Shown: piece by piece, positions 55,049-64,000 of the stretch | Numbering within the stretch: the first letter of the stretch is position 1 | Layout of the letters: the number at the start of each line of letters is the position of its first letter | Virus record (IMG/VR): IMGVR_UViG_3300042465_002598 | Location: 1,261-65,260 of that record | Reading direction: 5' to 3' (one strand) | DNA from: a virus | Taxonomy: Duplodnaviria > Caudoviricetes | Length of the DNA stretch: 64,000 nt | Position numbers and translations under genes: made by a program | Notes under the pieces: generated by a model | Database searches by the model: none | What the model saw: only the letters and a program-made list of their open reading frames with translations | What the model was told of the DNA's origin: nothing

Positions 55049-55453
55049 TTAGCTCCTACGGACAGTAACCGTGTACTTCGATTCGACATTCATGCCCTTG
55101 GGCATCTTGTCGGGATTAGCCTTGAGGAACTCCCCCATAGCCTTCTGCGCAATGCGCCGTTCAAGCAAATCTATCGCTTCGTTCTCCTTGACAAAGTTGT
55201 GCATGGCTTCCCAGTCGGAAGTCCAATAGCGGGTAGACACACCGCGAATGACAGTGCCTACACCAGGGATGCTGACGTTGCCGCCAGCACGCTTGCAGGT
55301 TTCGAGGAGATAGGCTTCAACCATCTCCATCTGCTCCTTGATCTTCTTGTCTTCTTCCTCGTACTTTGCAGAGAGCACAGCACGGGCATCGCGCATCTTG
55401 ATGTACGCCTTGACCAACTTCGGGGTCGGAGGCAGTTCTTCGCCTTCTTGCAT
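55049..55453 (-). CDS. Conserved replication-module coiled-coil protein
   Basis: YIKMRD...DWEAMHNFV...LLERRI. Confidence 0.75.
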   Translation of the reverse strand: MQEGEELPPTPKLVKAYIKMRDARAVLSAKYEEEDKKIKEQMEMVEAYLLETCKRAGGNVSIPGVGTVIRGVSTRYWTSDWEAMHNFVKENEAIDLLERRIAQKAMGEFLKANPDKMPKGMNVESKYTVTVRRS

Positions 55454-55479
55454 GGTTCGCTCCTAGTGAACAGAGACAA

Positions 55480-55508
55480 AGTTTACTCTTCAACTTTTCA
55501 GGTGTCAA
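55480..55508 (-). promoter_or_regulatory. Sigma70 promoter for the SSB/primase operon
   Basis: TTGACA, 17 bp, TAAACT. Confidence 0.75.
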
Positions 55509-57039
55509 GCTCCTCCTTGTACAAGCTGAGCAGGGTATCCATGTCCTCGGTCTTGGCATCGAGTGCCTCGTAGAGCTTGCGCTCCACCGCGCACCCACAA
55601 AGCCTGACCACGAGGCAGGGGTTCTTCTGGCCCGCCCGGTGCACGCGGGCGTTGGCTTGGTGCCAGATTTCGTTGCTGGTCACTGGCCCCCACCAGACCA
55701 CCGTGTTGGCCGCGTGGAGGGTCACACCGTGCGATGCAGCCGCAGGCTGGATGAGAAGGATGCGGGGCTCTGCTTCGGTCTGGAACGCTTGGAAGACTTC
55801 CGTACGGCGGGTCACTGAGACGCCTCCGTGGATCACCTCCACTGCGAAGCCGTCCTTGCGCAGCCGGTCGCGTAGAACCTCGATGGCATGCCGGAACGGG
55901 ACGAAGACCAGCACCTTGTGAGTGCTCTCTTCAATCGCCTCCACCAGCACGTTGTACCGGTGCGTGATGTCGAACTCTACAGTATTACCATTGTCAGAAT
56001 ACACCGCACCGGACGCTACCTGAAGTAGCTTGTTGAGGTTGGTCGCCGCGTTGACCGAGGTGACGGTTTCCCCCGCTGCGGTCATGATGAACTGCTCTTT
56101 CAGCAGCTTGTAGTATTTCATCTGCTGCGGGGTCAGCGATACTTCGCGTGTGGTATAGAGCATATCTGGCAGGTCCAGGCATTCTTCCTTGGTGAAACGT
56201 ATCGCTGGCTGAAGTACCCTGTTGACAACCTCTGCCGAATTACTCTTAGCCTTCCACTTGAACTGCGTCACCTTCCACATCACCATGTCACGGAACGAGT
56301 AGAAGTTCGGCGGCACCGATGACGGGTTCATCATCTTCGCTAGACCGTAGGCATCGGTCGGAGACTGAGACGCTGGTGTGCCCGTCGCCATCCATAGCCA
56401 CGTGTCGGGCTGGATCAGGGAGTTGATCGCCTTCCATCGCTTAGTGGTTGCGGTCTTCACTGCGTTCGCCTCGTCAATCACTACGAGGTCAAACTTACCC
56501 TCACGCAGTTCATCAAGCACGGTCTCCACACCGTCGAAGTTAATGACGACAAACTCGGCATCCGACTGGATGACTTTGATCCGCTTGTCCCGGCTACCAT
56601 GCGCTACATCGACGCGTCGATGCATCAGGGTCTTGAACAAGTCAGCCTGCCACGCAGACTTCATGATCGACAGCGGGCAGATCACCAACACCCGCTTGAT
56701 GTGCTTCCTCTCCATCAGGTAATCGGCAGCCCACGCAATGCTGGCGGTCTTCCCCGTACCGGGCTCATTGAAGATGAACGCCCTGCGGTAGAGGGTCGTG
56801 AACGACGCAGTCTCTTTCTGGTGACTGAAAGGCTTGAAGAGACCGGGCCACTTGTAGCGCCGCTCGATGGGAGACGGCACGGACTTGACCCCGAGGTTCT
56901 TCAGAACCTGCGCCTCCTCAAGCCCCCAGTGCACCAGCACCCGACCATCCTCAAGCTGCTTGGACTTGGGGATCGTTGCGAGCACCCGCTCGGGGTGCCG
57001 CAGCTTTAAGAGCAGTGCCCGGTCGTCAATGATCTCCAT
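55498..57039 (-). CDS. SNF2-like SF2 helicase
   Basis: EPGTGKT, VIDEAN, TGTP, QANARVHRAGQ. Confidence 0.92.
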   Translation of the reverse strand: MEIIDDRALLLKLRHPERVLATIPKSKQLEDGRVLVHWGLEEAQVLKNLGVKSVPSPIERRYKWPGLFKPFSHQKETASFTTLYRRAFIFNEPGTGKTASIAWAADYLMERKHIKRVLVICPLSIMKSAWQADLFKTLMHRRVDVAHGSRDKRIKVIQSDAEFVVINFDGVETVLDELREGKFDLVVIDEANAVKTATTKRWKAINSLIQPDTWLWMATGTPASQSPTDAYGLAKMMNPSSVPPNFYSFRDMVMWKVTQFKWKAKSNSAEVVNRVLQPAIRFTKEECLDLPDMLYTTREVSLTPQQMKYYKLLKEQFIMTAAGETVTSVNAATNLNKLLQVASGAVYSDNGNTVEFDITHRYNVLVEAIEESTHKVLVFVPFRHAIEVLRDRLRKDGFAVEVIHGGVSVTRRTEVFQAFQTEAEPRILLIQPAAASHGVTLHAANTVVWWGPVTSNEIWHQANARVHRAGQKNPCLVVRLCGCAVERKLYEALDAKTEDMDTLLSLYKEELDT

Positions 57040-57572
57040 TACTTCAACTCAAAGCCGTGGGTCTTAGCAAGCTCGATCAACGTCATAGCCTGCGTCACTG
57101 CGTCGTCCAACGCGTTGTGTTCTACACCGACGTTCTTTCTCTTAGCCTTGGCGAAGAGTGCGAAGACCGTACGGTAGCAGCGGTCGTTCCAGAAGTGCCA
57201 CGGTACATCCATCTTCAGAGCGCGGTACGCCGCAGCGAGCAGGGCATTGTCGAAGTTCGCGCCGTTGCCCCAGACCACAGCGTCGTCCAGCGGCGGCATC
57301 CACATGGTCAGCTTGAGCAGCGCGGCGTCGAGACTGAACTCGCCCTTGAACGCAGCAGTACGGGCAGCTTCGGACTGCTTATCCCACCACTCTAACGTGC
57401 TCTTTTGCGCCCGTAGACCCGCCGCCTTGCAGGATTCAGGGTCGATAGTGACGTAGAACTTCTCGATGATCTCCTTGTCGGCGTCGAACTTCACTGCGCC
57501 AATCGAGAGGATAGTGTCCCCCGGGCGGGTGCCTAGTGTCTCAAGATCAATCATCACATGCCGTCGGTTCAT
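57039..57572 (-). CDS. DEDDh 3'-5' exonuclease
   Basis: MIDLETLG, WGNGANFD, HNALDDA; TAGGAGG RBS. Confidence 0.9.
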   Translation of the reverse strand: MNRRHVMIDLETLGTRPGDTILSIGAVKFDADKEIIEKFYVTIDPESCKAAGLRAQKSTLEWWDKQSEAARTAAFKGEFSLDAALLKLTMWMPPLDDAVVWGNGANFDNALLAAAYRALKMDVPWHFWNDRCYRTVFALFAKAKRKNVGVEHNALDDAVTQAMTLIELAKTHGFELK

Positions 57573-57679
57573 TTGTCCTCCTAGTGCAGATAGCAAAACA
57601 GCCCGATGGTGGAACCCCATCGAGCCAACAACCCCAGTCCTGCTGGGGATCGAAAGCGTAGCCCTATACGGGCTACGTG

Positions 57680-57949
57680 TCAACGTCCGCCTGAGCGCGG
57701 ACCTTTGAAATTCTTGGCGCTGTTCTTGCTGAAGTTTGTCAGCTTCACGTTGCCCGGTTTACTCTTCCCACCATCTTTGATGGGCTTCACATGGTGGAGG
57801 GCTTTGCCCTCTCGGGACTCTTTCCCGTTCTCCTTGTCCCAGGCACGACGCGCCCGTTGTCTTTCGGACTGCTTGGCTCGACCACCATTGGCAAGGAAGT
57901 CCTTGTACTCTTTCTTATGGTCCCGGTCTGACATGTCCTTGTATGGCAT
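57680..57949 (-). CDS. Small HNH-like protein
   Basis: HHVKPIKDGG...GNV...N. Confidence 0.65.
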   Translation of the reverse strand: MPYKDMSDRDHKKEYKDFLANGGRAKQSERQRARRAWDKENGKESREGKALHHVKPIKDGGKSKPGNVKLTNFSKNSAKNFKGPRSGGR

Positions 57950-57956
57950 ATCTACC

Positions 57957-58538
57957 TCAATTGTTCACCCCGTTAGGTGGTTGCTTTGTTGCGTTACTTC
58001 TATGAAACCTATCGCGTAATGTGTTATATGGTACACCAACCTGTTTAGCGTAGTCAGTCAAACACATACCTTCAACTTCTAGATTACGCGAAGTATTTCT
58101 CGCTTGCTCTTCGGGGGTAGCCCACCGAATATTTCCAGGAAAGTACCCACGACTGTTATCAATACGATCAACTGAATGTTTACTGCTTGGGCGCGGTCCT
58201 ATCGCTTCAAAGAACAGTCTGAAATCTCTTGCCCAAGGTTCGTACATCCCGATAGAATTGTAGAAAGCAGATTTCTCTCTATTCGGGTTAAACACTCGGG
58301 TTTTTATACCGCACCATATCCGGTACTCTACAGGGTGTTTACTCGCGTAACCCGAACGGCGACATGACCTGCACCCTCCTTTACGCTCGTTCATCCTCAG
58401 TATTGTACCTGCTACAGACTGCTCTAAGCCGCACTCTGTACACCTGCATATCCAATACGCGCGTTGTACTTTAGTTTTGTCTCTACCAATCACGCGCCAC
58501 ATTCCTATCGTGCGCCCCGCCATGTCGATTACTTCCAC
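57957..58538 (-). CDS. HNH-type homing endonuclease
   Basis: WICRCTECG, SVDRIDNSRGYFPGNIRWAT...QARN; AT-rich; GGAGG-GTG. Confidence 0.85.
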   Translation of the reverse strand: MEVIDMAGRTIGMWRVIGRDKTKVQRAYWICRCTECGLEQSVAGTILRMNERKGGCRSCRRSGYASKHPVEYRIWCGIKTRVFNPNREKSAFYNSIGMYEPWARDFRLFFEAIGPRPSSKHSVDRIDNSRGYFPGNIRWATPEEQARNTSRNLEVEGMCLTDYAKQVGVPYNTLRDRFHRSNATKQPPNGVNN

Positions 58539-59218
58539 TAGTAACCTCCACTTCCAGCACCCCAATGTGAGCACGTTGTAACAATGCAGTGCTTTTTGCA
58601 GAGCCCCGAAGGGTTTGGGTTCCACACACCGGTCTTGTAGGCGGTCTCCAACCTGCCGATGTCCTGCATCCACTGTCGCCAGTAGACCTTCTCCTGCTCT
58701 CGCTCGTACTCAGCGGGCCTGAAGTGGTTCGCCACCACGAAGAGCAGGCCCCCCTTGACCTTGCGAACCTTGGGGAAGTGCTTGAAGACCATGAGGGCCA
58801 TCAGTTCCAACTGCGCGGTGTCCGCGTACTTGGCCGACTTCCCCGTCTTGTAGTCCAGCGTCCGAGCCGTGCCCTTCTCTTCGTTGATGATGAGCAAGTC
58901 GGCTACACCCCTGCACCATACATCGGGCGCGTCGAACGCGCAAGGCTCCAGGGCCTGCGTCAGGCCCATCTTGTGCTCGCAGAGCTTCTGTCCGGGGATC
59001 GACAGCAGGGCATCGAGGTGCGGCTTGACGTAAGCGAACGCCCCAGGCAGGGGGGTGCCGTCCCGCACGTAGTGTTCAGCGGCCTCGTGGAAGTCCGTGC
59101 CGTAGAGCGTGGCCTCGGTGAAGGGCGGCTCGGTGAAATTGCGCGCTACCTTTATCTCGTAATACTTCTTCGCACAAGTCTTGAAGGATTTCAGAGACGA
59201 GTAGGACCACGCTTTCAC
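58538..59218 (-). CDS. PD-(D/E)XK exonuclease (Cas4/RecB-like)
   Basis: SYSSL...C, GTDFHE, D...DYKTGK, QL, C-terminal Cys cluster. Confidence 0.88.
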   Translation of the reverse strand: MKAWSYSSLKSFKTCAKKYYEIKVARNFTEPPFTEATLYGTDFHEAAEHYVRDGTPLPGAFAYVKPHLDALLSIPGQKLCEHKMGLTQALEPCAFDAPDVWCRGVADLLIINEEKGTARTLDYKTGKSAKYADTAQLELMALMVFKHFPKVRKVKGGLLFVVANHFRPAEYEREQEKVYWRQWMQDIGRLETAYKTGVWNPNPSGLCKKHCIVTTCSHWGAGSGGY

Positions 59219-59397
59219 GGCTTCTCCATCATCAGTTCCAGCATACGCTGAAGGATTCGCGCCTCTGCACCCAGCCGCATCGCCGTATCATACGCAGTCT
59301 TGAGGTCGTTCTCCAGTGCATGGTGGTGCACCTCCTTCGCCAGCCGCTCCACGTTCATCAGCGGCTTCGCGTAATCGATGATGTCCTCAGTCTTCAC
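59215..59397 (-). CDS. Hypothetical protein
   Basis: GTG near the polymerase end; IIDYAKPL. Confidence 0.6.
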   Translation of the reverse strand: MKTEDIIDYAKPLMNVERLAKEVHHHALENDLKTAYDTAMRLGAEARILQRMLELMMEKP

Positions 59398-61258
59398 GCA
59401 TCTCTCCGTAGTTGTAGCCCCACTTGGACTCACAGTTGATCGGCAGGCCAGCGGCCCACGCAGGCACCCAGCGCATGCAGGACTCGACGTAGGCCCGTGC
59501 CTCGTCACGCTCGTCCTCCCGTGCCAGGGCGATGATACTATCATGGACGGTGAGCGCAACCCTGAGTTTCTTGGAGATACGGACAAGCTGCGACATGACG
59601 ATGATCCGCGCCAGTGCCTGCACGATATTCTCTGTGAACTTACCACCGTAGATATCCACAAGCCCCGTGTCGTCCTTATACGCCCACTTCATCACACTAC
59701 GGTTGGGGTCTTGGTAGCGGTGCAGTTGCGGGTAGCTGATATACAAGCCGCTGGGTAGCTTGATTCCCTTGCGGCCTTCCACCAGCACGACACCCTGCTT
59801 GCCGAACCACCGGGTCTTGTTGGCGTGCATAGCCTCGATGCACTGCTCGCCCTCGTACCACAGATTCCTAATGCGTGGATACGTCATGCGGTAAATGTCA
59901 ACGATACGTTGGCACTCATCCAACGGCAAGTCCATCGGCGGGGACGCGGTCTTCAAAGTCGCCTGTAGTTTGTAGTGGCCGGTCTGGTACCCGCAACCGA
60001 GGGTCACGGTCTTCCCTACAAATCTTTCCTGTTTATCCGCCTTAGTCACCGCCCGTACGTATATCTTCGTCGCCATCTTGCAGTAGACATCGACCTTGTT
60101 GGCAAAGTCCTGCACCAGATCGTTCTGTCCAGCCAGCCACGCCAGCACCCGCGCCTCGATGTTGGATGAGTCACAGTCGATCAGCACGTACCCGGGCGGT
60201 GCCTCGATGCAGGCTTTGAGTTCCGTCCCGCCCCGGGCCGGGAGGTTCTGGAGGTTGATCCCGTCGCCCCCGCTGGAGCGCTTGGTCCGGGCGTAGCTGT
60301 ACTTCAGTGGTACGGGCAGGGTGTTGCCCCGTGTGGTGATGCCGATGAAGGTCTGCGTGCGCGTCTCCTCCAGGGTGCTCTTGGTCCCCAGCCGTGCAGC
60401 CACGGCAGCCTGCACCCGCTCGTCGGGGTGGTCCAGCAGCGCCTTGAGTTCCGGGTTGGTCTTGGCAAAGGCGAACGCCGTCTTGCCCGTCGTCTTGCTG
60501 ATCTTGGTCGGAGGCACCACGCCCAACTCACTCAGCACCTCTGCGAACTGTGGGTTGGAAGCCAGCCGCTCCTTGCTGAACTCTGTCCTGCTGAGTAGCT
60601 CTTCCTTGCGCCGGATCACACCTTCAAGGTGCGCCTCCAGCTTGGGCCGGTTCAGTCGCAGTACCGGCTCAGAGAACATCCTGATGTGCAGATCGATGAG
60701 CTTCAGTTCCTCCCGGGGGTAGTCTTCTCGCTTGTCGAACTCCTCGATGTTGTACCAGCCCTCAGACATCAGACACCACATGTCGTAGTCAAGCTGAACG
60801 TCGTTGAGGCAGTAGGTAGCGTATCGCTTGAACTCTTCAGGCTCAAAGTCCTGACGACGCATAGCTATGGCATTGACGACTTCGTCACCCTTCTCACCTA
60901 CACCGTACCGCTTGGCGAGCATAGCGAGGGAGTTGTTCCGCGCACCGAACATGGCACGGGCCATCGACAGGGTATCTAGCCACAGGCGGGGCCGCACGCC
61001 GAAGTGCCACGTGAATATCGCTGCGTCGAACAGGGTGTTGTGGCATAGGACTGCGTACTTACCCCAGTCGATAGCGTCGAGCCGGTACTGAATCTCGGCG
61101 TGCGTACCTGTAACTACCTCCTTCGTCCCATCCGGCCAGCGCAGGCCGAGCATGATGACCTCAAACTTGGGGTCGCGGATGTAGGCTTCAGTGGTAAGTT
61201 TGGTAAGGCTGTACTCCTTGGTGTAGTAGGTTTCAAAGTCGGCTGTGATTATTTCCAT
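59387..61258 (-). CDS. polA: Family A DNA polymerase with 3'-5' exonuclease
   Basis: DFET, HNTLFD, NLQNLP, DSSNIEAR, RxxGKxxxLGxGY, TVHDS. Confidence 0.95.
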   Translation of the reverse strand: MEIITADFETYYTKEYSLTKLTTEAYIRDPKFEVIMLGLRWPDGTKEVVTGTHAEIQYRLDAIDWGKYAVLCHNTLFDAAIFTWHFGVRPRLWLDTLSMARAMFGARNNSLAMLAKRYGVGEKGDEVVNAIAMRRQDFEPEEFKRYATYCLNDVQLDYDMWCLMSEGWYNIEEFDKREDYPREELKLIDLHIRMFSEPVLRLNRPKLEAHLEGVIRRKEELLSRTEFSKERLASNPQFAEVLSELGVVPPTKISKTTGKTAFAFAKTNPELKALLDHPDERVQAAVAARLGTKSTLEETRTQTFIGITTRGNTLPVPLKYSYARTKRSSGGDGINLQNLPARGGTELKACIEAPPGYVLIDCDSSNIEARVLAWLAGQNDLVQDFANKVDVYCKMATKIYVRAVTKADKQERFVGKTVTLGCGYQTGHYKLQATLKTASPPMDLPLDECQRIVDIYRMTYPRIRNLWYEGEQCIEAMHANKTRWFGKQGVVLVEGRKGIKLPSGLYISYPQLHRYQDPNRSVMKWAYKDDTGLVDIYGGKFTENIVQALARIIVMSQLVRISKKLRVALTVHDSIIALAREDERDEARAYVESCMRWVPAWAAGLPINCESKWGYNYGEMRED

Positions 61259-61551
61259 TACGATCTCTCGCGGAACCACTGCTCAAGCAGTTCGATGGTG
61301 TCTTCGCGCACCACCATAGCGCTGCCGCCAGCCTTGTGGATGTTGACGATCTCCCGCTCTTGCAGGGCAGTGGGTTTATTGAACCCAGCCTTACATTCTA
61401 CCGCAAGAAACATCCCGCGAAAGCAGATGATGATGTCGGGAATACCCGCACGACCGTAGCCGTTCTGGGCGGGAAAGAAGTGCCATGCCTTGTACTTCTC
61501 GATGATGCTGATACACGCTTGCTTGACTTTCTTCTCAGGAGTTGCGGCCAT
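61258..61551 (-). CDS. VRR-NUC nuclease
   Basis: PEKKVK, GIPDII, VECKA, PTALQ. Confidence 0.88.
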   Translation of the reverse strand: MAATPEKKVKQACISIIEKYKAWHFFPAQNGYGRAGIPDIIICFRGMFLAVECKAGFNKPTALQEREIVNIHKAGGSAMVVREDTIELLEQWFRERS

Positions 61552-61750
61552 TTTCAATCTCAATCAGTTTTTCAATGTAGTGCTTTGCCTTATGGAGGTC
61601 TTGCACTCCACCTTTCTTGCGCCAGCGAGAGAGGTACTTGACAGCATTGCCGTCGAAGTACCCCAGACCCCACGCATGGATAACATCCCACGTTTCGTAC
61701 TGGAGGTCTTTATAGTGCGTACCTCCGTGTTGGGTATCATTCGCGCTCAT
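61535..61750 (-). CDS. DUF3310 (T7 gp1.7-like) protein
   Basis: GGTHY...GNAVKYLSRW...DLHKAKHY. Confidence 0.85.
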   Translation of the reverse strand: MSANDTQHGGTHYKDLQYETWDVIHAWGLGYFDGNAVKYLSRWRKKGGVQDLHKAKHYIEKLIEIENGRNS

Positions 61751-62000
61751 CGGTTTCCTTGAAAAGTTTCGCCTTGGGGCCGCACTCACGGCCTTCCAGG
61801 CGGGCGTCGAGGCAGTATGCCCACTCCCTGCGCCCAGCGGGCGTGCGCACAGCCGTGCAGCGTAGCACCTCGCTCTGCTCTTTGCGGCCCTCCAGGCGTC
61901 GATCGACATGCGCGCAGCGCATGCACTGCTCGCGCTGCTGCCACCACAGGGCCGTTGCCGGGTGGACGCGCAGGAACGTCTCAGAAAGAAGGGTTGCCAT
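61737..62000 (-). CDS. Cys-containing hypothetical protein
   Basis: CMRCAH...C...CLDAR...CGPKAKLF. Confidence 0.65.
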   Translation of the reverse strand: MATLLSETFLRVHPATALWWQQREQCMRCAHVDRRLEGRKEQSEVLRCTAVRTPAGRREWAYCLDARLEGRECGPKAKLFKETDERE

Positions 62001-62274
62001 CGTGGTCGTCCTCGTCTGGAAGCTGGATGCCGTGGCGTGCGAGGCGGTCAGCGGCTTGGGCGCGGATGGCGGCGGCATAGTGACCTCCAGGCCGTATTTC
62101 TCCAAGCCAATCCCAGGCCCTCGACGGGTCGTCCTCACACACCTTCGCACACGCCTCGCGCTCGGCAGCAAGCATTCGACCAAGGTCGTCAGAATTGACC
62201 CTGAACACACCTTCAACTTCAGTCTCTGGAAGTCCTTGCTCCCGCGCCATGCGCACAATGTCGTCTCTGTTCAT
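61981..62274 (-). CDS. Hypothetical protein (AEREACAKVCE module)
   Basis: Paralog of 62271..62510. Confidence 0.7.
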   Translation of the reverse strand: MNRDDIVRMAREQGLPETEVEGVFRVNSDDLGRMLAAEREACAKVCEDDPSRAWDWLGEIRPGGHYAAAIRAQAADRLARHGIQLPDEDDHDGNPSF

Positions 62275-62510
62275 TTGTTCCCCCTTGCGCGGATGGCGTC
62301 TGCTGCACCATTCAGTATTGCCACAGACCCAGTACCCGGCGTCTGCCTACTTTCACACACCTTCGCACACGCCTCCCTCTCGGCTGCGGCACCGGCCTCG
62401 TAGGCCAGCTTGAAGAAGCGTTCCAAACGATCCTCGATTGAAGTCGTGTGTACTTCGGGCCAGTTCCAACCAGCCTCCCGCGCCATGCGGGTGATGTCGT
62501 CGCGGGTCAT
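62271..62510 (-). CDS. Hypothetical protein (AEREACAKVCE module)
   Basis: MTRDDITRMAREAG; GAGGAG RBS. Confidence 0.7.
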   Translation of the reverse strand: MTRDDITRMAREAGWNWPEVHTTSIEDRLERFFKLAYEAGAAAEREACAKVCESRQTPGTGSVAILNGAADAIRARGNK

Positions 62511-62749
62511 GTCTTGCTCCTCTCCTGAATCATGGCGTCTGCCACCCGGTACGACGCCTTCGCTAGCACACCCAACCAATGCGCGGCTTCCGGCGCAATG
62601 GGGTCTGCCTCAATGCCCGGTATATGAGCGTCGACTAAGGCGCTTTGCATAGCCCGCCCGGCGAAGTAGTCGCGCAGGCTCATCCCATGCTCATGCTCGG
62701 CGAGGTCGAAGTGCTGGGCGGGGAAGGCCCACCCTCCGGTGTCTTTCAT
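62507..62749 (-). CDS. Conserved small phage protein
   Basis: GGWAFP...GMSLRDYFAGRAMQ...YRVADAMI. Confidence 0.8.
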   Translation of the reverse strand: MKDTGGWAFPAQHFDLAEHEHGMSLRDYFAGRAMQSALVDAHIPGIEADPIAPEAAHWLGVLAKASYRVADAMIQERSKT

Positions 62750-62976
62750 GTCTTGCTCCTCTCAGGCCACCACGCGGGCCGGTCTGTCCATTCGATGCGG
62801 TCTTGGCATGCGTCTTTGCTGCGCGCAGCCCTTGCGGCCTTTTTGGCATAAAAGTCAGGCCACGCCACTTCCGACCACCATTCGCCGTTGTAGTAGCGAT
62901 GCGCGTCGGGGTTGCGGCAGTTACTCGCAGGCCACCAGCCGATGCTGGGCGGCGGGCCTTTGTGCCATGTTGTCAT
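62746..62976 (-). CDS. Trp-rich hypothetical protein
   Basis: WHKGPPPSIGWWPAS; ATGA coupling. Confidence 0.7.
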   Translation of the reverse strand: MTTWHKGPPPSIGWWPASNCRNPDAHRYYNGEWWSEVAWPDFYAKKAARAARSKDACQDRIEWTDRPAWWPERSKT

Positions 62977-63221
62977 TTCGCTTCTCCTTCCGCTTTGGCG
63001 ATGGCGGCGCGGGCCAGCACAAGCCATCGGTTGTTCTCTGCCCCTGACAAATGATTGCGCTGGATGTAGTCCATCGTGTCTGCATAACCCATCTTCAACG
63101 CCTCCAGCAGTTCGGCATTCACCGCGTGCAACCGGCGCAGTTCGGCGGCGGATTTGTGTTGACCAATGTGCGGCAGGTCAAGATATTCAGCCAGCCGCAA
63201 AGCCTCAGATTTTTCGGTCAT
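62973..63221 (-). CDS. Hypothetical protein with AAAELRRL module
   Basis: EALRLAE...AAELRRLH...ARAAIAKAEG. Confidence 0.7.
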   Translation of the reverse strand: MTEKSEALRLAEYLDLPHIGQHKSAAELRRLHAVNAELLEALKMGYADTMDYIQRNHLSGAENNRWLVLARAAIAKAEGEAK

Positions 63222-63519
63222 GGTTCTTCTTCCTCTCCTTCATTGCGTCAATCCGAGTGCGCATCTGTTCCGCTGCACGAAGCGCGGTGATCTGCCCGGT
63301 ATAGTCGTAGCAGAGGTTGGATAGGCGCTCGTTCTCGGCGTGCAACCGGCGCAGTTCGGCGGCGGCCTGTCGTTCGCGGTCGTGGCCGATGTCTGCGCCC
63401 CAGAACGCTTCAAGCGCATCAGCCAGCCGCAGGGCTTCGGGCCTATTTGCTTTCGCATCTTTGCGCAACTGCTGCATCCACCAACCGTGGTTTTCCAGCG
63501 GGGATATTTCTTCAGCCAT
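63205..63519 (-). CDS. Hypothetical protein with AAAELRRL module
   Basis: PEALRLADAL...AAAELRRLH. Confidence 0.7.
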   Translation of the reverse strand: MAEEISPLENHGWWMQQLRKDAKANRPEALRLADALEAFWGADIGHDRERQAAAELRRLHAENERLSNLCYDYTGQITALRAAEQMRTRIDAMKERKKNHDRKI

Positions 63520-63745
63520 GTTCCTTCTCCACCGGCACATCTCGCCACTCACCCCGCGTGGGCGACGGCACGGGGTTTCCATCTTGGTCGGTGATGTGCA
63601 CCGTGAGCATGATGTTTCTGTCCTCCCACCATTGCTGGAGGATGCGAACGGTGCGGGTGGTGACGCACCCGAATACTTGGCTGAATGTCGGTGCTTCGCG
63701 CTCCACTTCGCGCTCCACGAAGCGCAGATTGTTTGTCGGGGTCAT
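63512..63745 (-). CDS. Hypothetical protein
   Basis: LRFVER...RILQQWW...EWRDVP. Confidence 0.7.
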   Translation of the reverse strand: MTPTNNLRFVEREVEREAPTFSQVFGCVTTRTVRILQQWWEDRNIMLTVHITDQDGNPVPSPTRGEWRDVPVEKEHG

Positions 63746-64000
63746 GTGTTTCGCTCCTTCAGTGCGGCCTCGATGGCGCGGGCGATTTCCCTCAGAGCGT
63801 CGGAGTCGTCGCAGATCAGTAGCAGTTGCTCTTGGCGAGCAAGCTCGGCTAGTCCCTCCTCCGTCAGCGACACCCACTCGCGGCGGGGTGGGTGGGTGTA
63901 GAGGGGTATCTTCCACTTCAGGCTTTGCGGAGGAAACTGAAACCGCATTGTTGTGTTCATCCTGATTGAACCGTATGGCGATTCCAGCCACGCCACCGGC
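63742..64000 (-). CDS. Hypothetical protein, C-terminal part (starts beyond right edge)
   Basis: PVAW...PLYTHPPRREWVSLT...ARAIEAALKERN. Confidence 0.7.
   Translation of the reverse strand, partial: PVAWLESPYGSIRMNTTMRFQFPPQSLKWKIPLYTHPPRREWVSLTEEGLAELARQEQLLLICDDSDALREIARAIEAALKERNT

Noticed and set aside
57957-58538. Group I intron around the HNH gene
   Set aside because: Both flanking genes look complete and directly abut the HNH ORF, leaving no room for an intron core.
1-64000. Stop-codon reassignment
   Set aside because: Core genes are full length in the standard code and all three stop codons terminate genes.

Overview
Nearly the whole genome of a GC-rich tailed dsDNA phage with podovirus-like architecture (portal, P22 gp10-like nozzle, internal virion proteins, no obvious tail tube or tape measure). 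A proteobacterial host is a guess. Layout: (i) 1-12.8 kb, minus-strand early/accessory genes including a MoxR-type AAA ATPase, an HExxH-metallopeptidase/vWA protein and a Rap1a-like protein, driven by a strong sigma70 promoter with a long structured leader; (ii) 11.4-13.1 kb, a largely non-coding divergence zone with three perfect DnaA boxes, an IHF site and 18-bp palindromes; (iii) 13.1-50.7 kb, plus-strand packaging, head, tail, lysis and ejection genes ending in a 2249-aa polyvalent protein; (iv) 50.8-64 kb, minus-strand replication genes (primase-helicase, SSB, SNF2 helicase, exonucleases, family A polymerase) and small ORFs that appear to run round into position 1. No integrase, tRNA, CRISPR array or reverse transcriptase was seen. 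Best candidate for an undescribed system: three paralogous small ORFs with a conserved WYLxxAxxHGxG head and a variable Gly/Tyr/Asp body, interleaved in the AAA/vWA-peptidase operon, each stop codon embedded in the next gene's Shine-Dalgarno. Other leads: TonB-box-like repeats in a putative ejection protein, a shared xxGG motif across late proteins, an oriC/datA-like site and several structured RNAs. All family calls are from motif recognition by eye, not database searches.
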